Source: Phoronis australis
Taxonomy: Eukaryota > Animalia > Phoronida
Assembly (NCBI GenBank): GCA_002633005.1
Contig: NMRA01000205.1
Span: forward strand, 2,109 to 66,108
Direction: 5' to 3'
DNA length: 64,000 bases
How positions within the stretch are numbered: the first letter of the stretch is position 1; each line of letters begins with the position of its first letter. The notes beneath the pieces are model-generated. The model saw nothing but the letters and a program-made list of their open reading frames with translations, did not search any database and was not told the origin of the DNA. The position numbers and the translations under genes were made by a program. Of this stretch, positions 11,901-26,539 are shown piece after piece.

Positions 11901-14900
11901 ATAAACGAAGCCCCTGAGGAAGCGTGATAATTATGCTTCTTATGTCCAGTTAACTGAAATTGAGCTCTAAAACGAGGTATATGCTTTGGACGAACGAATT
12001 AAGTGTTTTGATTTTAAAATTCAACTTGGTCCAGATTTGAATTCTAACACGAGAAATAGACGATAGAATTATTATTACCAAGAAAGCAGAACTGGTGATC
12101 AAATAATTTTTATTTTCAATGGGGCTATTCGGAAAATCTACCATAACTAGAGGGCGTGCGTGTACTAGTGGTGATAGATTAGCAGCCTCGATTTCGCGAG
12201 CCCTTTAAATACATGGTGAAATGGCTTGCAGCCGTGCCAACTAAATCTGAGATTGCGTAAAAAGGGTGTTTCTATGAGAGGAAGTAAGCACGACCTCATA
12301 CAAAGGTAAGGTTTGTGATTATTTTAACGATTATTCCATGATTATTCTACCAATGCCTGTTAACTGAGGCGCTCGCCGATGTCGACTTCGCGGCAGTCAG
12401 TCGCCAGCCAGAGTCTGGTTAATCTTTGTATGTTGTGATATGTGATACGATACTTGACGTAGCAATCGGGGTTTTTTCGTACATCAAAGCATTATTATTG
12501 TTTGGAATGATTTCTAAAAGTTTATCAGTGACAGTTACATCAATCAATGCTGAGTATTTATGCTGTCAACTCGATACAGCTTAATGAGTTAAGATTACAA
12601 TCCAATCCCAATGGCAAAGGGTACGTGAGTGATAAATATCCATTGCATTAGACTAGTATTTGTTTACTCCCTATCATATGTCTTCTGGAAATCTATTACA
12701 CGTTGAAATGGAAATCTATCACGTCAGTTTTCGCGTAACCTTTGGTTTTTAGGTTTGAAGGCTTGTACCGTGCAGAGGAGATATGCATCGCTTCTGCATC
12801 GTCCCTGAACGGACAAAAATTGGTTTTTAGCATTTGACTGCAGATAACCAACAAGATCTTCCCATCCAGTGCAGATCTGTTGTCAAAGCCTACTTTCAAT
12901 ATTGGAGACAACGAACAAAGCCTTTGAAAAGGAACAGCTATTTTTAAAGTCATTTTGTTAAATTACTTATTCAGGTCCTCTGAGGGGGGATTGGCATGGG
13001 GGGTTGTAATATTTGGTACAACTGAATGTGTGGAAATAACAGGTAATACATGTTTGGGGAAAAGAGCATGGTGAGGTAATTCTTAACCTTCACGAAGTCC
13101 CTTCAAGTTGATTTCATGAAACTGTTTTGCTACTTGTATCAATTGTAAAACCACGAAAATATATTACATTTTCCGAATTCAAAATGACTGAATAGTCTTA
13201 ACTCATGCCTTGAAATGTTGCAAGTGGTTATAAATTCAAGTGACTGCCATTTTTGTGAAAATTGCATTTTTGATGGTGCCTTACGATTTGTAAATACTCT
13301 TAAACAACAGAAAGATTATCCATCATTTTTAAATGAATGACCCAAGTCTTCATATCTTCTATTAGAAGAAAAACGGTTCCCTCAACCTTAGGCTAGAAGT
13401 ATGCTTGACAGACCCATGAACGTGTAATCTGAGTTTAAAATTGCTGAAAGTATCAAAATTAAAAAGGCTTGAAAATGGGTAACAAAGGTTTGAAGTTGTC
13501 TCAAAAAACTTGTATATTTTACAGACAAGTGATGCGTTTAAAGAATTGTTATGGCTAGGGATAAAAAATAAAGACACAGTTTTATGCAATACTCATTATA
13601 TACACCCTTGGTTTCTGAAAATAGTAATTATTTACTTTTATGTGAAACTGTAGACCAATCGCCATACATTTTTGAAAAACAGGGATAACATCATTTTTGA
13701 TCCAATCTGGAGTACTTAATTATTCATATTTCAATATTTGTTCCAGGTTCAGTGACGTTTTAAGGCCACTTCAAGCTGTATCATAGACAAGCTTTGTTAC
13801 TCCGTACTCTTCCCACAGCACTGCCACACACCAGCAGTGCTGCATGGCACAATGTGCAAGTCAGTGGCCCTGGAGAAATGTGAATCGCAGTACTAAGTTA
13901 CCATAAGACAATGTGCCAGTGGACTGTCTGTGTATCCAGACGAACTATATCTGACTGCTACGCAAATAAGCCTTGTTGGTGAGGATGCCCTTTCATAGGC
14001 AATGAGTCATGTGTGGACAATAGCTTATTTCCTTTCTGGAAGAAACATGAGGGACTGAAGCTAAAGAAGACCTAGTCACACTCTGGTCTAGTTCAGAGTC
14101 TGTTTTGGGCTCAAAACGATTCAAGTCATATGCTGCTGTGTTTACCTTCAAGGGTCTAATTGTGGATGTTATTGAGGTTGAACGAGGTTACATGAAAGAA
14201 AGCCACGTGTTGAAACTGGACCTTTTTTACAAGCGCTTGATGCGCTTCTATAGGCCATTGAAACTAGAACCCAGTGAAATGAAAGCCAAAAGCTGAGTGA
14301 CATTAAATTTTCCTTTCAGAAGAAAGGCTTTATACTATTGGTAAAAACTTTTCGATTTGGTACAGATTATGGGGAAATGACATTCAGTGACTGCATCGAT
14401 TGTCTTATTGTATGTTTTCAATTGTAGCTAGCTGGATAAGAATCTGCTATGCACAAGATTCGAGAATAAACAATTATCAATGTATTTAAAACAAATGGCA
14501 AACTGAAAAAGCACAGAAAGAAACAACATTGCGAGGGAGTCCATAATCAGGCATATCAGGTGATGAATTTCTGAATTACATTCAATTCTCTCAGGTTATT
14601 GCTGAAGGATTGCTTTTCACTTTGTCCAACGGTGAAATAGATGGTCAGGCGGTTGGTTTCAGTTGTTTTTTCTCGCCTGTAACAGAATAGAAATATTAGG
14701 AAATTGTAAAAGAAAAGACAAGACAAAACTACTTTTGTAAGGCAGAACATACTTGACATTTCATCTTCATGTTTATGTGTAGAAACTAATAACCTTTGTA
14801 CCCAAGTCTTATTTAATATCTGAATTAAAATATGTGAAACTGGCTAAAAGTGATTTAACAATATGTATTTTTCATGACACTTAAAATGTGCTTCTGATCT

Positions 14901-17900
14901 CAACAAGCAATTTTTTCCAATGCAATGTTAGGACATTTACTGAATTGAGGCTTATTCATGTTAATTTGATAACTGAGCTGGTGGTCCTGGGGGTGGGGTC
15001 CATGATAAAATAAGGAAACTCACTCATCTAGAGAATTTTATTGGAAACAGCATAGCTTTGAAGGGAAACTGCTGTGAAAAAGTCACTATTGACTTCTGTG
15101 CATCACGTACCACACACCTCTTATTTTGGGAGCACTCCCACCCAGGACAATATGAATATGTGCTGCTAGCCTACCCGGCATCGGGTGAGTTTCCAAAAAG
15201 AAACACTTAGTTCCACTCAACAAACCTGTTATTCAGTGGGGTAACTGGTGGGTACAACATCACCGAACAATGTTGATAGAAACTGATTGCTAAAACTTAC
15301 CAAGTAATGTTGTGTAGTCTCCGAATGCCGGGAACTGCATAGTCATAGAACACACACGGGGCTTCAGCATCCACACACTTTTTGTCAGTTAATTGACCCT
15401 GTTGACCGCAATTGTCCACAAATATAGTAACCTTAGGTCTTTTGGGAATTTGTGGCCACCTGTCGAAGACTTGCACCACGGAAATTAGCAGTAATAAGGC
15501 TTAGCGCGACGACGTATTTTGATAAAAATTCCATCTTTTACCAGTTGTTTACATGCAGATAGCCACGCATGCGCAATTCAATCACCACTAGTACAGCAGC
15601 GACACCCCGAGGAGAATTCTCCGAATAGCCCCATTACAAGCCTGGTTTTTTATTTTAATAAAACATATATTTAATAACGTCAATTATTCTTTCACATCAA
15701 TGACAAATCAACTATTAGTCCCGGTAGTCCCTACTGACCTCACCACGACATAGGCTATGCTGCACATGACATCAAAGTACGAGCAGATGACCTGGTTCGT
15801 GTAGAAAACATTTTTATCAACAATTTACAAGAAGAAGCGTAAAACTGCATTCAGCATAATACCTAATCCGTAACGCGATGGCCGCAATTTGGTCATATTT
15901 ACTTTCCATGTTTCGAACCTTGTTTTCCGAAAAAAAAACTTATACCCTTTCGTCAGACAACTCTTTGGTTCATTGATTTGTCCTCTAATATATTTTTCTA
16001 CGTCTCTGTGGCTAATTATCGACACCTTTTTAAGATTTAATATTCAGGTTGGACTCGAAAGTCCGACCATTTAACTCACGCAAGGTCAACTTAAAGTGGC
16101 ATGGACCGCGAAAACTCGTGAAAAATACGTTTTAAACGATTCTTAACCAAAGTACCTTCCTTCAACCTTTACTAAAAAGTTATTCACTTCCCCCTGAGAA
16201 AGAATTTCCAGAAAAAATGACCCAATTCATGGTTTTTGAAAGAAGTACGAAGAAAAGTTTGTATGGTAACCACCTATACCTGCCTATCTTCCTTTCACTT
16301 ATTATAAATGCGCGCATGCGCTCAGTCATTCGACAAACAAACAGCTGATTCAGTGTCAAGAGTGTGGTGGAGTGAATACTTTGCCACCCAATGTGCTTTA
16401 TACCTCGTGCCGTGCATTTTGTGCCTACCTATACGATTCTTCATGATTGGACCATTACTTGAGATTTGATCATGCTTATCTGCAGTGGACTATTATTCAT
16501 TTACACTACGTGTCAGAGAACGGTGCTGCACTAATAATCGCTGACGCAGTTTTGCAAGACAATACGAGACAAGATGTCGGACAGTGGAAAGCTGGGCAAG
16601 AAAATGGGGCGTTCGTCTAAGCTAACCGACTCAGTTAGAAAGAAAAGAAGGCAAGACTTGCAGCTGAAAGTTAATAAAAGACGCATTTATCTGGGTACAG
16701 AGCACTGCCGCTGGGAATCTCTTAGAAGTGAGCTATCCGTCACTAATTCCGAGCTGGCCAAACGATAGCTTGATAATGCGTAAGTACTTGTTTGGTCCGC
16801 ATACTTCGGTAGTTATCGGGACATTGCGCGGCCCCAGCTTATTAAAATCACCTCGATCCAATATAGTAATGGTCCGAGAACTCACTGAGAAAGTGAAGAG
16901 TGTGAAAGTTAAACTCAGACATAAAATTCACCGAGTTGCATTGTCTGTTGACATTTAAGCTAAGCGGCTAAGCCTATACTTGTGGCTAAGCCTATGACCT
17001 ACTTATAACATATATTGACGAATTGTTTAGTTTTTTTGCAGTTGGTAATTATTGAAACACTAAGAGAAATTGCAAAGCATTATTACTTTGAGATAGTACC
17101 ACCGTCTCAACTGACTGCAGTAGAGATGGCAGTTGTCCAATAGGCCCTCCACCAGTTGGAAGTTTTTTTTTTGCGAATTGTGCCACATTGATTAAACCAT
17201 CAAAGTCATGTTGCTGCAACGAACTTTTGCAATAGGGGGATACCTTAGGGGAATGGTAATGTCTTAAACACATTGAGATCAACCTCCATGACGGAGTAAA
17301 TCAATCATTAAAACACTACACTGGTGATCACCAGAGTGTGCTAGTGCTTGAAACTTAGCCGTAAGGGTTGTACCACTCATACCTGTGCAAAATGCTATTG
17401 TAGATAAATAAAGAAACGAATCAGAAAGAAATCTTGATTACCAAAGTATTTGTTCAAGTTGGAAGGAATTAAAGATATCGACAGCCTCCTAAGGTGACCA
17501 TGTCTATGTTATAAAGGTACTTAAGGCAGCATGACTTTGATGGTTTAGTTTGTGCGAGGTACGAATTGCCAAAAGGCTTCTTGCTGCCCCTGGAACCCCC
17601 TGTGCCACCAGTTATGTCCCAGTTCAGAGAGCAATTCTGTTTTAGTGGCAAGCTGTGCATTTTGCCAGATTGAGTACTTGCAAAGTAGGTACAAAGTCAT
17701 GTCTCATGGATTTGTAGCCTTGTTATCTTGTTGTACCTTATTTGCAGACCTATGTATATTGACATTAAGTGGTATTATAATCAGAGATCAAGAGGCCTAC
17801 CTTCTTCAAAGATATTATGCGAGATCTGGAAGAAAATCCACTGCTAAAACCCCATTAATCAAAATTTCGCTGCCCTTCATAGGTTAACAAAGTAAAAGCA

Positions 17901-20900
17901 CAAACGTTCGTTGATCAATTTTCAAAATTCAAAAATACATTAACTGGGGATAAATTTTGGTAACAAATTCCAATTCGCAACAAGAAATTTAGTAATGAAT
18001 TGCACTCGCATACTTTGTGATGGTTATTCATGTAGTTTGGTTGTTATTATGGCGGAGAATTGTACCACCTGTATGCTTTAATTGAAGTCTGTACCTGTAG
18101 TTTATAATTAGGTTATTGTAATTTCATTTTTGCACTGTAGGTATGAAGTGGCACAAAGTTAAAGATTTTCAACAATGTCTAGACAAGTGTCCATAGAGTC
18201 AGAACTTAAAGCCTTATCAGCAACACCTGCAACTCCCCAGTTTGTTCAAAGGTATTCTAGAAATTATTTTTTCATTGAAAGCATATTGTCTACATCTTCA
18301 CCTACTAGTATTCGTGTCTACGACAATACATGACATGGAAATTGCATTTGTTGAAAACTCCAAGTAAGCTTTTTGTGAGGGTTACTAATTTAAATCGAAT
18401 CATTCCAGTTTGCCATTGTTAAAAATATTACTGAGCTTGCACTCATTAAGCCTTGGGATGTCAAGATTGAAAATGTAAAAGCCGTAGGCTTATTTGACCA
18501 TGTCTCTCACAATTATGAGCTTCTAAACTGCACCAATTGAAATATCCTTGTTTAACGAGAACAAGGCAATCAAACATGCAAACTTCGATTCATATGTACG
18601 AACCATTATTCATAATAAAACTTGAATCGTAGATACAAACCATATCAAATGCATGAACAAAAATTCATGCATGTAAACCAACTTGAAAGATAAAACAAAA
18701 AACAGGGGTATGAAGTAATATCACATAATTACGTAAACATTTTCTAGTGATGGTGGTCATCATTCGTTTTCCCAAGGAGTCTAGCACTAAGCAAAATGGC
18801 AACATAAAATGTAGCTGTAGAAGAACTATGTTCTTACATGTTATTTGTATATCTGATTAGTTATTTTGTGTGCATGACTGTCCGTTTGAACACATCATGT
18901 TGTGGTTCGTATGTATAAATGAAGCGTTCTCCCATATGATGCAGTGTTTTGTGCGTATGACCCAAAGTCTGTACGTATGACTGCCTGGCACCCTCGATTA
19001 GTTGCTGACAAATGTTGAACTCGTGGTAACTTTCTTTATCACCTAAATGTGATTGTGGCAATGGTATATTTTCAGTGGACTTGAGCTTTCTGGAATCGAT
19101 GCAATTGATTCTGTCTGTGACGATGAAGCCTTGATGTTTGTATCCAGGCCATTCATTACAAAGATGATGTGGAAGTACTGGAGTCTGTTCCAAGAAATTG
19201 ACAAGATCATTTTTGACTTAAGTCTAAGATTTGTCTTTAACTTCCAAACTTTGAAACTTCCAATGTTGGTAATTTAAGACAAAACTTATGTCAAACACTT
19301 TATTGAATTGGTTTTGAGACAAATTTAACTTTATTTTAAAATTTACTAAAAGTTGAAAATTGTTTTAGCTAAGTCAGTTCTGTTGGAACAGGCCCCTGAT
19401 CTTTAAAATTTGAGAGAACTAGTTAGTGCTCGTGAATTATCTTCACAACAAACTATTTAGTGTTCTAACTGATGATTGAATTGTGAAATATTTTGTGCGT
19501 ATATCTTGCATGGTATATTCCAATAAATGGATTTTTCTACATGTCTGGTATGGTCAGGAATGGGTGCACAGGTTTCTCTTCTAAGCATGACTGAATTTTG
19601 CATACTCTGTTTACATGCACTGTATATATTTGTGATTTGCAAAGATGTAACTAAAAGTAAATACATCAAAAAGGAGATGGGCAGCAGTTTTGGTGACCCT
19701 TTTGACTAAATATCACCTATTAGGTATGGTTTTATAGGTCATCCTACAACTAATCTTGTCATATTTGTGTTTTTAACGTGACACATTGGTATTCCCAACT
19801 TATTTGAACATAGTGTGGGCAGAGTTGAATTCACTGATTGCATTTGCACATACATGTCTTTGCACCGAATTAGACATTTTTTCTTCTTTGAAGTTGATTG
19901 CTGTATAATTTAAAAGTTCATATTCAAAGGCAACGTTGGGATTTTGAGTTTTTATCAGTAGCATAGACAATCCATGAAATTTGTGACATCAATTCATAAT
20001 AAGTGTGTGTTCTGGATAGAATTTCCTAAATCTGTTTTCTGAGTTCTAAATAGAGAGACCATGCGGTACATGGATTGTTTTTTTTTCATAAATTAATCGT
20101 GGTTAGGCGATATGTGGTGAAATCCAATAAATACAGACTGACCAATGCTTTAAAAGAGAAACACTCATACATTTTTGAATTTCTATATTACAGGCTATTG
20201 ATTGATGTTTCTGAGGACCTAGCATGCGATGACCTGGACGATAACTGTAAGTGCTACATAACCCTTGTGTACACATTTAAATTATGAGTTATCCAATTCT
20301 TAATAAAAATACATCATTATTGTTCAGTGCTGACAATGTATTTATTGAAATATATCTTCTACTGACGATTGGTCATAATAGCTCAGTGGATGGACAGCAA
20401 TGAATCTCAGGTTGGAAGCCCTGACAGGACAGAAATCCTTTCACAGTACTAACCATTAGGTCCTGCAAAATGACTAAAGAAGGCATCGTATAGCGTCATC
20501 AAACGCTATATGTATAAAACATTTGAATTCTGAACGAACTGTATTTAACTGTTCTCCAGTGCACATAATGCGATCCCTGTTTCTTAGTAGTTTTCAAGTG
20601 CGTTACGGGAGCTAGGTGTTGTGTCGTTTTTGAAATTCTAAAGGGCAAGATCATCACGCTTTCTCTTGTTGCAGTCCAGAAAGTATCCTTGATGATGTGG
20701 ATATTAGCGATGTTCGATTTGGAGATGAAGAGTTTGGTGGGGAGGAAGTTGCAGGAGATAGCATCAATATGTACTGCTATGGAGACTATGATGACACGTT
20801 GTCTACAGGTTTCCGTGGTGTTCACAGAATTCATGATGCAGCTGGTGCACACTCAGCTGTGGACGATAGCAAATTTATTGTTTTTATGACACCCTCCTTT

Positions 20901-23900
20901 CCCTTTCAAATCTCATCATCGTGTCTTGCTAAGAATGAGTGATGTTCGGATTTCTTCTGTTAAAGGTTCAACACTCTCTTTCTACCTCCTTCTCCGAAAG
21001 GTGTCGCACTTGCTCATTTGGTCATTGCATTTACTCTTCTCTGAAAATTAGGAGATTTTTCACTAATTATGGAAAGGAGATATTTATCCCATCTTGTATT
21101 CTTATAATTCACTTAGCTACAAGCTCAGCTCACTGCTAGAAAAAACTGGAACTTTATTCAAAAGTTGATGTCACATCTTATTTTGCATCATTAGACAAAT
21201 GATAACCACATGAAAATCTGTGTAAAATGTAATGGCTCCTTATTTCTTCAAGATGTAAAATGACATAGAAGGTTAAATATTGGATATTCTATATATTTAC
21301 AAGTCATAAATTATTCTCTGAACTAGAATTTTTGAGTTGTTTTTTCATGTGTTTGTTATTCATGATAAAGTACCTGTACGTCATCTTGATAAGATGCATA
21401 ACCTTGCAGACCACGATGAGCTGGGGTCACTGAAGCTGGACCTAGGGTAGCTGTAGCAACTGACTTCCATTTCCTTCCTCTACCTCCTCTTACACTTTCA
21501 CCTCTCCTTGTTTTCATGGCTCTCCCACATATCCTATGGAAATAAACAGGCCTTTTAAATTTCACATAGTATCAAAGTTCATGAAAGCCATGCCTAACAT
21601 TGGGAGTAATTTCCAAACCAAAGCAAATGCTTCAAACAGGACTGGTAATGTGTGAAAAAATTCTGTTTCTGAGAGCATTCCATTAGTGAGTTCTCAGCCC
21701 CAGTCTGTTAGTCTAAGCTCTTTTCACGTTTTACCCCATGGATAGGTGGGCGCAGGTTGTCATCGATCTGTTCTAATATTTTGATGCAATGGTAGACTGA
21801 ACACTGGTTCGAGTTCATCACTTTATTAATCTTGACTGTATGCTCATATTAAGTCCATTCAAACAAAACATACAACGTAATGTCTGTTCTATGCTCAGCC
21901 AGTGCGACAAAGCCTTGACTTTCAGTACCTCCTACAATTGCTGGTGCAATAACATGCTACTTTTGACTGTTCTTTGTTCTCTAGCCACAGGTGAAGTGTT
22001 AGACAAGTTCTGTGCAATTGAAACTGTGCAGCGGCTGATGTTGTAGCCAATGAATAATGTTATGAACTATGAAAGTACCTAGATGTTCTATTATTTTCTC
22101 CTCTGGAATGATAATTATATGCTCCATGGACAGTAGAAATAAAATTATTTTCAATTAATGTTGCTGCAATTTCTGATGTTTTAGTGGGACAAATTTGCTG
22201 GAAGTGCAATTTATCATTCCGTTTGTCCAAAGGTGTGTAGATTGATTCTGTCTTTTTATTTCTAAACACAGTTATGTTGCTCAAGTGGAATGACCTCTTA
22301 TTTCATGCATTAATTAACTTTGTATCCTTCCATGAGTCCACACATTATTGATGTTTCATTGTAGTAAACAAGAAAGTTCAATGAAGGTTTTCAGTGAAAT
22401 TCAGATTACATTTTCTTCCACCACTAACAGCTGAGAATTTAGCTAACTGCACTTGCACTACTCGGCCACTTACTAAACGGTGAATACGCCAGTGGCAGAT
22501 CTAGGATACCACAAGGGGGGCCCAACATGACACCTCGGAGAAATGGGCATGGCACGATTGTATGCACAGGTGGCTCGAATGTTGTGGGGGTTGGCGATAC
22601 GGACCTGGTGTTCCGGAATTCTACCGTTGGGCTCGATATTTTCTCACGCTTCATGCTGTTGCTGTGTAATTTTTGCTTACACCAGTCATGGGGGGCCCTT
22701 GGCCTGTACGCAATCATCACGTAGTAACAATTAACAATCACCCGAAATACATTTTAGTTATAAGTCCTACGTACAGTCACGATGCACTGAAATGTTTTTA
22801 ACAAAATGTTATTGTCATTCTCTAAACGATAAGACATGAATAGAACGTTTTCCGTTTGGAATGCACATAAATGAAATCCTGGGCAAAAAGTATATTAGAT
22901 CATACTTGGGAGAGCATAGAAACCAAATAAATCGATAACTTACTTCAGAAATGGGACTTCTTTGAGTCAATCGAGGTGTCGATGTGCTTTCGAAACCAGC
23001 CATCACTGTTTTGCTTTCGGCAACCTTTCACCTCTCTGAGGTCATCACGCCATTTCCAAATAAGGCACCGCAATGCATTTTGGGACTGTAATGTCGGACT
23101 TGACGAGCACGAAGGCGTGTCTTTTTGGTCAACTTTCAAACGTAAAGAAAAATACTCCAAACTCTAAAACTCACTATATTTACGAAACCTACAAAAAACT
23201 TGTACGCCACGATATGACACAGGTTTCATGCAAGATGAGTAACATTTACTTTCTTATTTTATACTGTTTTTCACGTTCCAAGCCACTTTAATCTTTGTTT
23301 ATCGCAGTAAGCCTCGCTTTGCATTTTAATGTCCGCCGCGTGAATTAGGTCTATGCGTGTATGTGAGAGTAAGCGAGCGCGTGCTTGTCACCAGAATTCA
23401 TTTGCCAGAGTAAATGCGGTATAATGATCTAGGTGGGCAATGTATCAAGCAGAGCGTGTTTTAATATTTATCTTAGCACTTGCTGGCCTCATCTGCTGAT
23501 AATTGTTTCGGTAAGACCGATATGTCACTCATTGAGTCGCAGGGTGAGTGGATGCGTGACCGTAGTGTAACAGGTATTTTCCGGAAGATTCGGGGTGTAA
23601 GGGTGCGAATGTGTTCACTATCAGTGGGTCATTTTGACTTTAAAAACACCGATTATGATTAGTTTTTTAAGTTTGTCTTAAAAATAATGCAAACGTGTTT
23701 TACGGTATTAGAAACTTTCGGAAATTAGTACCAATATTTATTTCTTGCCCATGCTATGTTACCCGTTTCATGAATAGATAGTTCCCGACTAAATGTCTTC
23801 GATGGCAGCCGGTACGTTATGCAGCGCGCGCTTCGTGGCCGCGTGCTAACACTGGTCGAGTTTTTTTATTAGTCTTCGATTCACGGTTTTCACGTGTACA

Positions 23901-26507
23901 AAGAAGTTTGAATTCCTGTTGAGACCGGAGAAGATCTGTACCGGAAAGAAACCATGCGCGCATCCAGCCTCTAGTTTGGGGGGCTCAAATTTCTGACAAA
24001 GTGGACCTTTTGCTAACAAAAATGCTGGGGGACTAAAAAAGAACCACCTTCAGTACTGTGAAATGTGCGTCTGCTCCTTTTCAGTGGACTTTTGTCTCGT
24101 TTCCGTGGACTTTTTGTTTCTCTGAGGCGGAACTCTTTGCCCACTCCGCCAAANCCCCCCCCCCTGAGTGCGAGCATGGAAACAATGTAATCCCGCTGAC
24201 AAGTACGCTGCGTCTGTTTTCAAAGTCCAAAGTCCAGACCCGCTTAGTGGGGCACATCCCTCGCAAGAGCAGCAAAACTTTTGCGTTCTTTTTGAAACGC
24301 GGTGCAAGTTTGAAGTGAATACGGACATAACGTTGAGGCTCGTGGTCTACAAATTCAGGACTGTCGGATCTTTCAATTGGAGACGTTAGAACTGTAGGTA
24401 AGGCATTTTGCGCATGTAGTTCATGGGCTGGGCGCTTACTTGGCCAAGTCTGAAAAGGCGTTGGGGCACTTATTGGGGTATGGGCGCTTATTAGGGCGAA
24501 TAGCGGCAGAATTACATACAACAGTGTAGTTTAATGCACACAAATCACACGTCGTGCAAACCAATCGGCCATTCCACATACCCTAATCAATCCCAATAGC
24601 CTTTGCGCACCCTAACTTCCGGACATGCGCAATCGTTAAATCGATTCGGTTGCAACTCCGCTATTCTATCAAATGTGCCGGGTCGACTTTTTAGATTGTC
24701 CCTATGTACTTTCCTTTTTTTTAACATGAGCGGTTTTATGGTATGGTCAAAAATGTACAGCGTACAGTTTCAACTCCACACGACAGGAGTTTCCAGGATC
24801 AGGTACCAAGTTTTTTACCGTTCAAGTTTTCTTGCAATCTTTTGTTGGCGCTCATAAACCAGTTGTGTATCCGACATTAAGGTAAACACACTTCCCTTGG
24901 TAAGAACAACAATGACATCGTATTTGTCCAATATTTATCGTATTTCTTCGGGAACGAACGACAATAACAAAAAAATTTCATGAAGAGTTCAATTTCCGAA
25001 GCCAATTTTATAGACAAAACACCAGTTTTAGTCCAAGATAGTTTGGTTTATTTCGGCCAGTGTTTTATAGGCTTGGAGTCATCGCTAATTCAGTAATTGC
25101 CCTGCTTCACACAAAAGGAGCAAAACCAAAGTTTCTGATGCCGGCGGATAATGTCTACCACATGAGTTACGAATAACAATTTCTTAAAGACATTGTGGGT
25201 GAAGAAAATATAAACACGCATTTATTTGCCTGCAGGTTGACAGATTTTGTCAAAGCAACAGCAAAATATCGCCTTTGAGAAGGGCGAGCCATTAGCATAA
25301 AAAAGTGGCGGCATAATGACGTAAGAAATATCATTGTTTCTATGATGTCAAGCTTGTTTGAAATAGTGGTGGTAACAACAGGTCAAACCGTGACGTGTAT
25401 AAGTAAAATGGGATGCCTAGCTGGAGAAATAGAAAATATTTGGACTCTGAAGGAACATGATCGTTTTTCTCAAACCTGGTCTAGGTCGATAGTTTAAAGG
25501 GGCAATAGTCCAAAAAAGCTGACTGTCGGCCTTTCAGACTGTAAAAACATTCACTTTCTCTTTCCATTTTCTTTTAAGATAAAATGTGAATTAAAATTGC
25601 TATTTGGTCAAAGGTCGTTAGTTTAAAGTACATATAAATAAGGACAAAGATCGGACATTTCATTATTAATGGACGTGAAGTCACGTGTCTCATGAGGCGC
25701 CACTTTTTGTGTTGTAGCTCGAAGATAAGGAAATTTAGTATATTAATCCTTTTGATGCATTGCATTAAATGTATATATTGAACAATGCTGACTTCGACAT
25801 CATTTGATGCATTGCATTAAATGTATATATTGAACAATGCTGACTTCGACGTTGGCGGTTTTTTCCATGCAGTCCAGATTTAATGAAACCTAGTTCAAAT
25901 CATTCTGTTAAATCACTGTGTTTTTCTAAGAATATTGGGGCCCTCTCCACATAAAATCGTTGCGTGTTTTGTATGTCCGTTACCAGCAATTCTAATGAAC
26001 CGGTGACCGCAGCCGACTCGTCATTAGTTCTCGAAAAATGCCTGCCTCCAGAGTTCAACTTAACGCAATTTTTTAACTTACTCATCATCGTGGAACGATC
26101 CCCAGTTCTTTGACAAGCAATGTTTTCAACAAGTCATCGACTTGCGGTCTGAATTTAGTTCTTCGTGGCAAACTACAGGTGGATATAGCTATATTTTCAA
26201 TGCTTGCCGAAATAATCAATTTTTGAAGTTGATGCACTCCTAAACAAGATTTTAAATCTCAGCCTCCTCGTTTCCAAAAAGTAGCCGAGGCCTACTCTGC
26301 ATCCACAGCTGTCAAGACGCTCCTCATAATATCGTTAAAGCTGAATATAGGAGCCCCTTTAATATACTTTGTAACAGCACTTGCCCGATGACAACATTGA
26401 ACCATAAATGAGATAATTTTAAAATCTTTGAGAACCATGATGTATTAGCACTTTGTTAAACATTTATTGTGTTCTCAATAAATAAATTTAAAAATATTAA
26501 AAAAAAA

Positions 26508-26539
<32 letters not shown>

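Larger units (their letters stand above)
8358..23352 (+). mobile_element. ISL2EU (Harbinger-related) transposon remnant containing nested elements
   Basis: TIRs AGACC(C/T)AATTCACGC at 8358 and reverse complement ending 23352. AT TSD (8356-8357, 23353-23354). THAP remnant on + (…KRWVVAM ~8513-8533). Convergent minus-strand remnant ISHRDVEKY…LTKGYKFFF (15900-16075) resembles the start of the ISL2EU second (SWIM/YqaJ) ORF. The flanks rejoin into one repeat copy. Confidence 0.75.

Noticed and set aside
11545-11930. Penelope GIY-YIG remnant on minus strand
   Set aside because: Only a vague …LLEIRAI…PTLN resemblance, insufficient to call.
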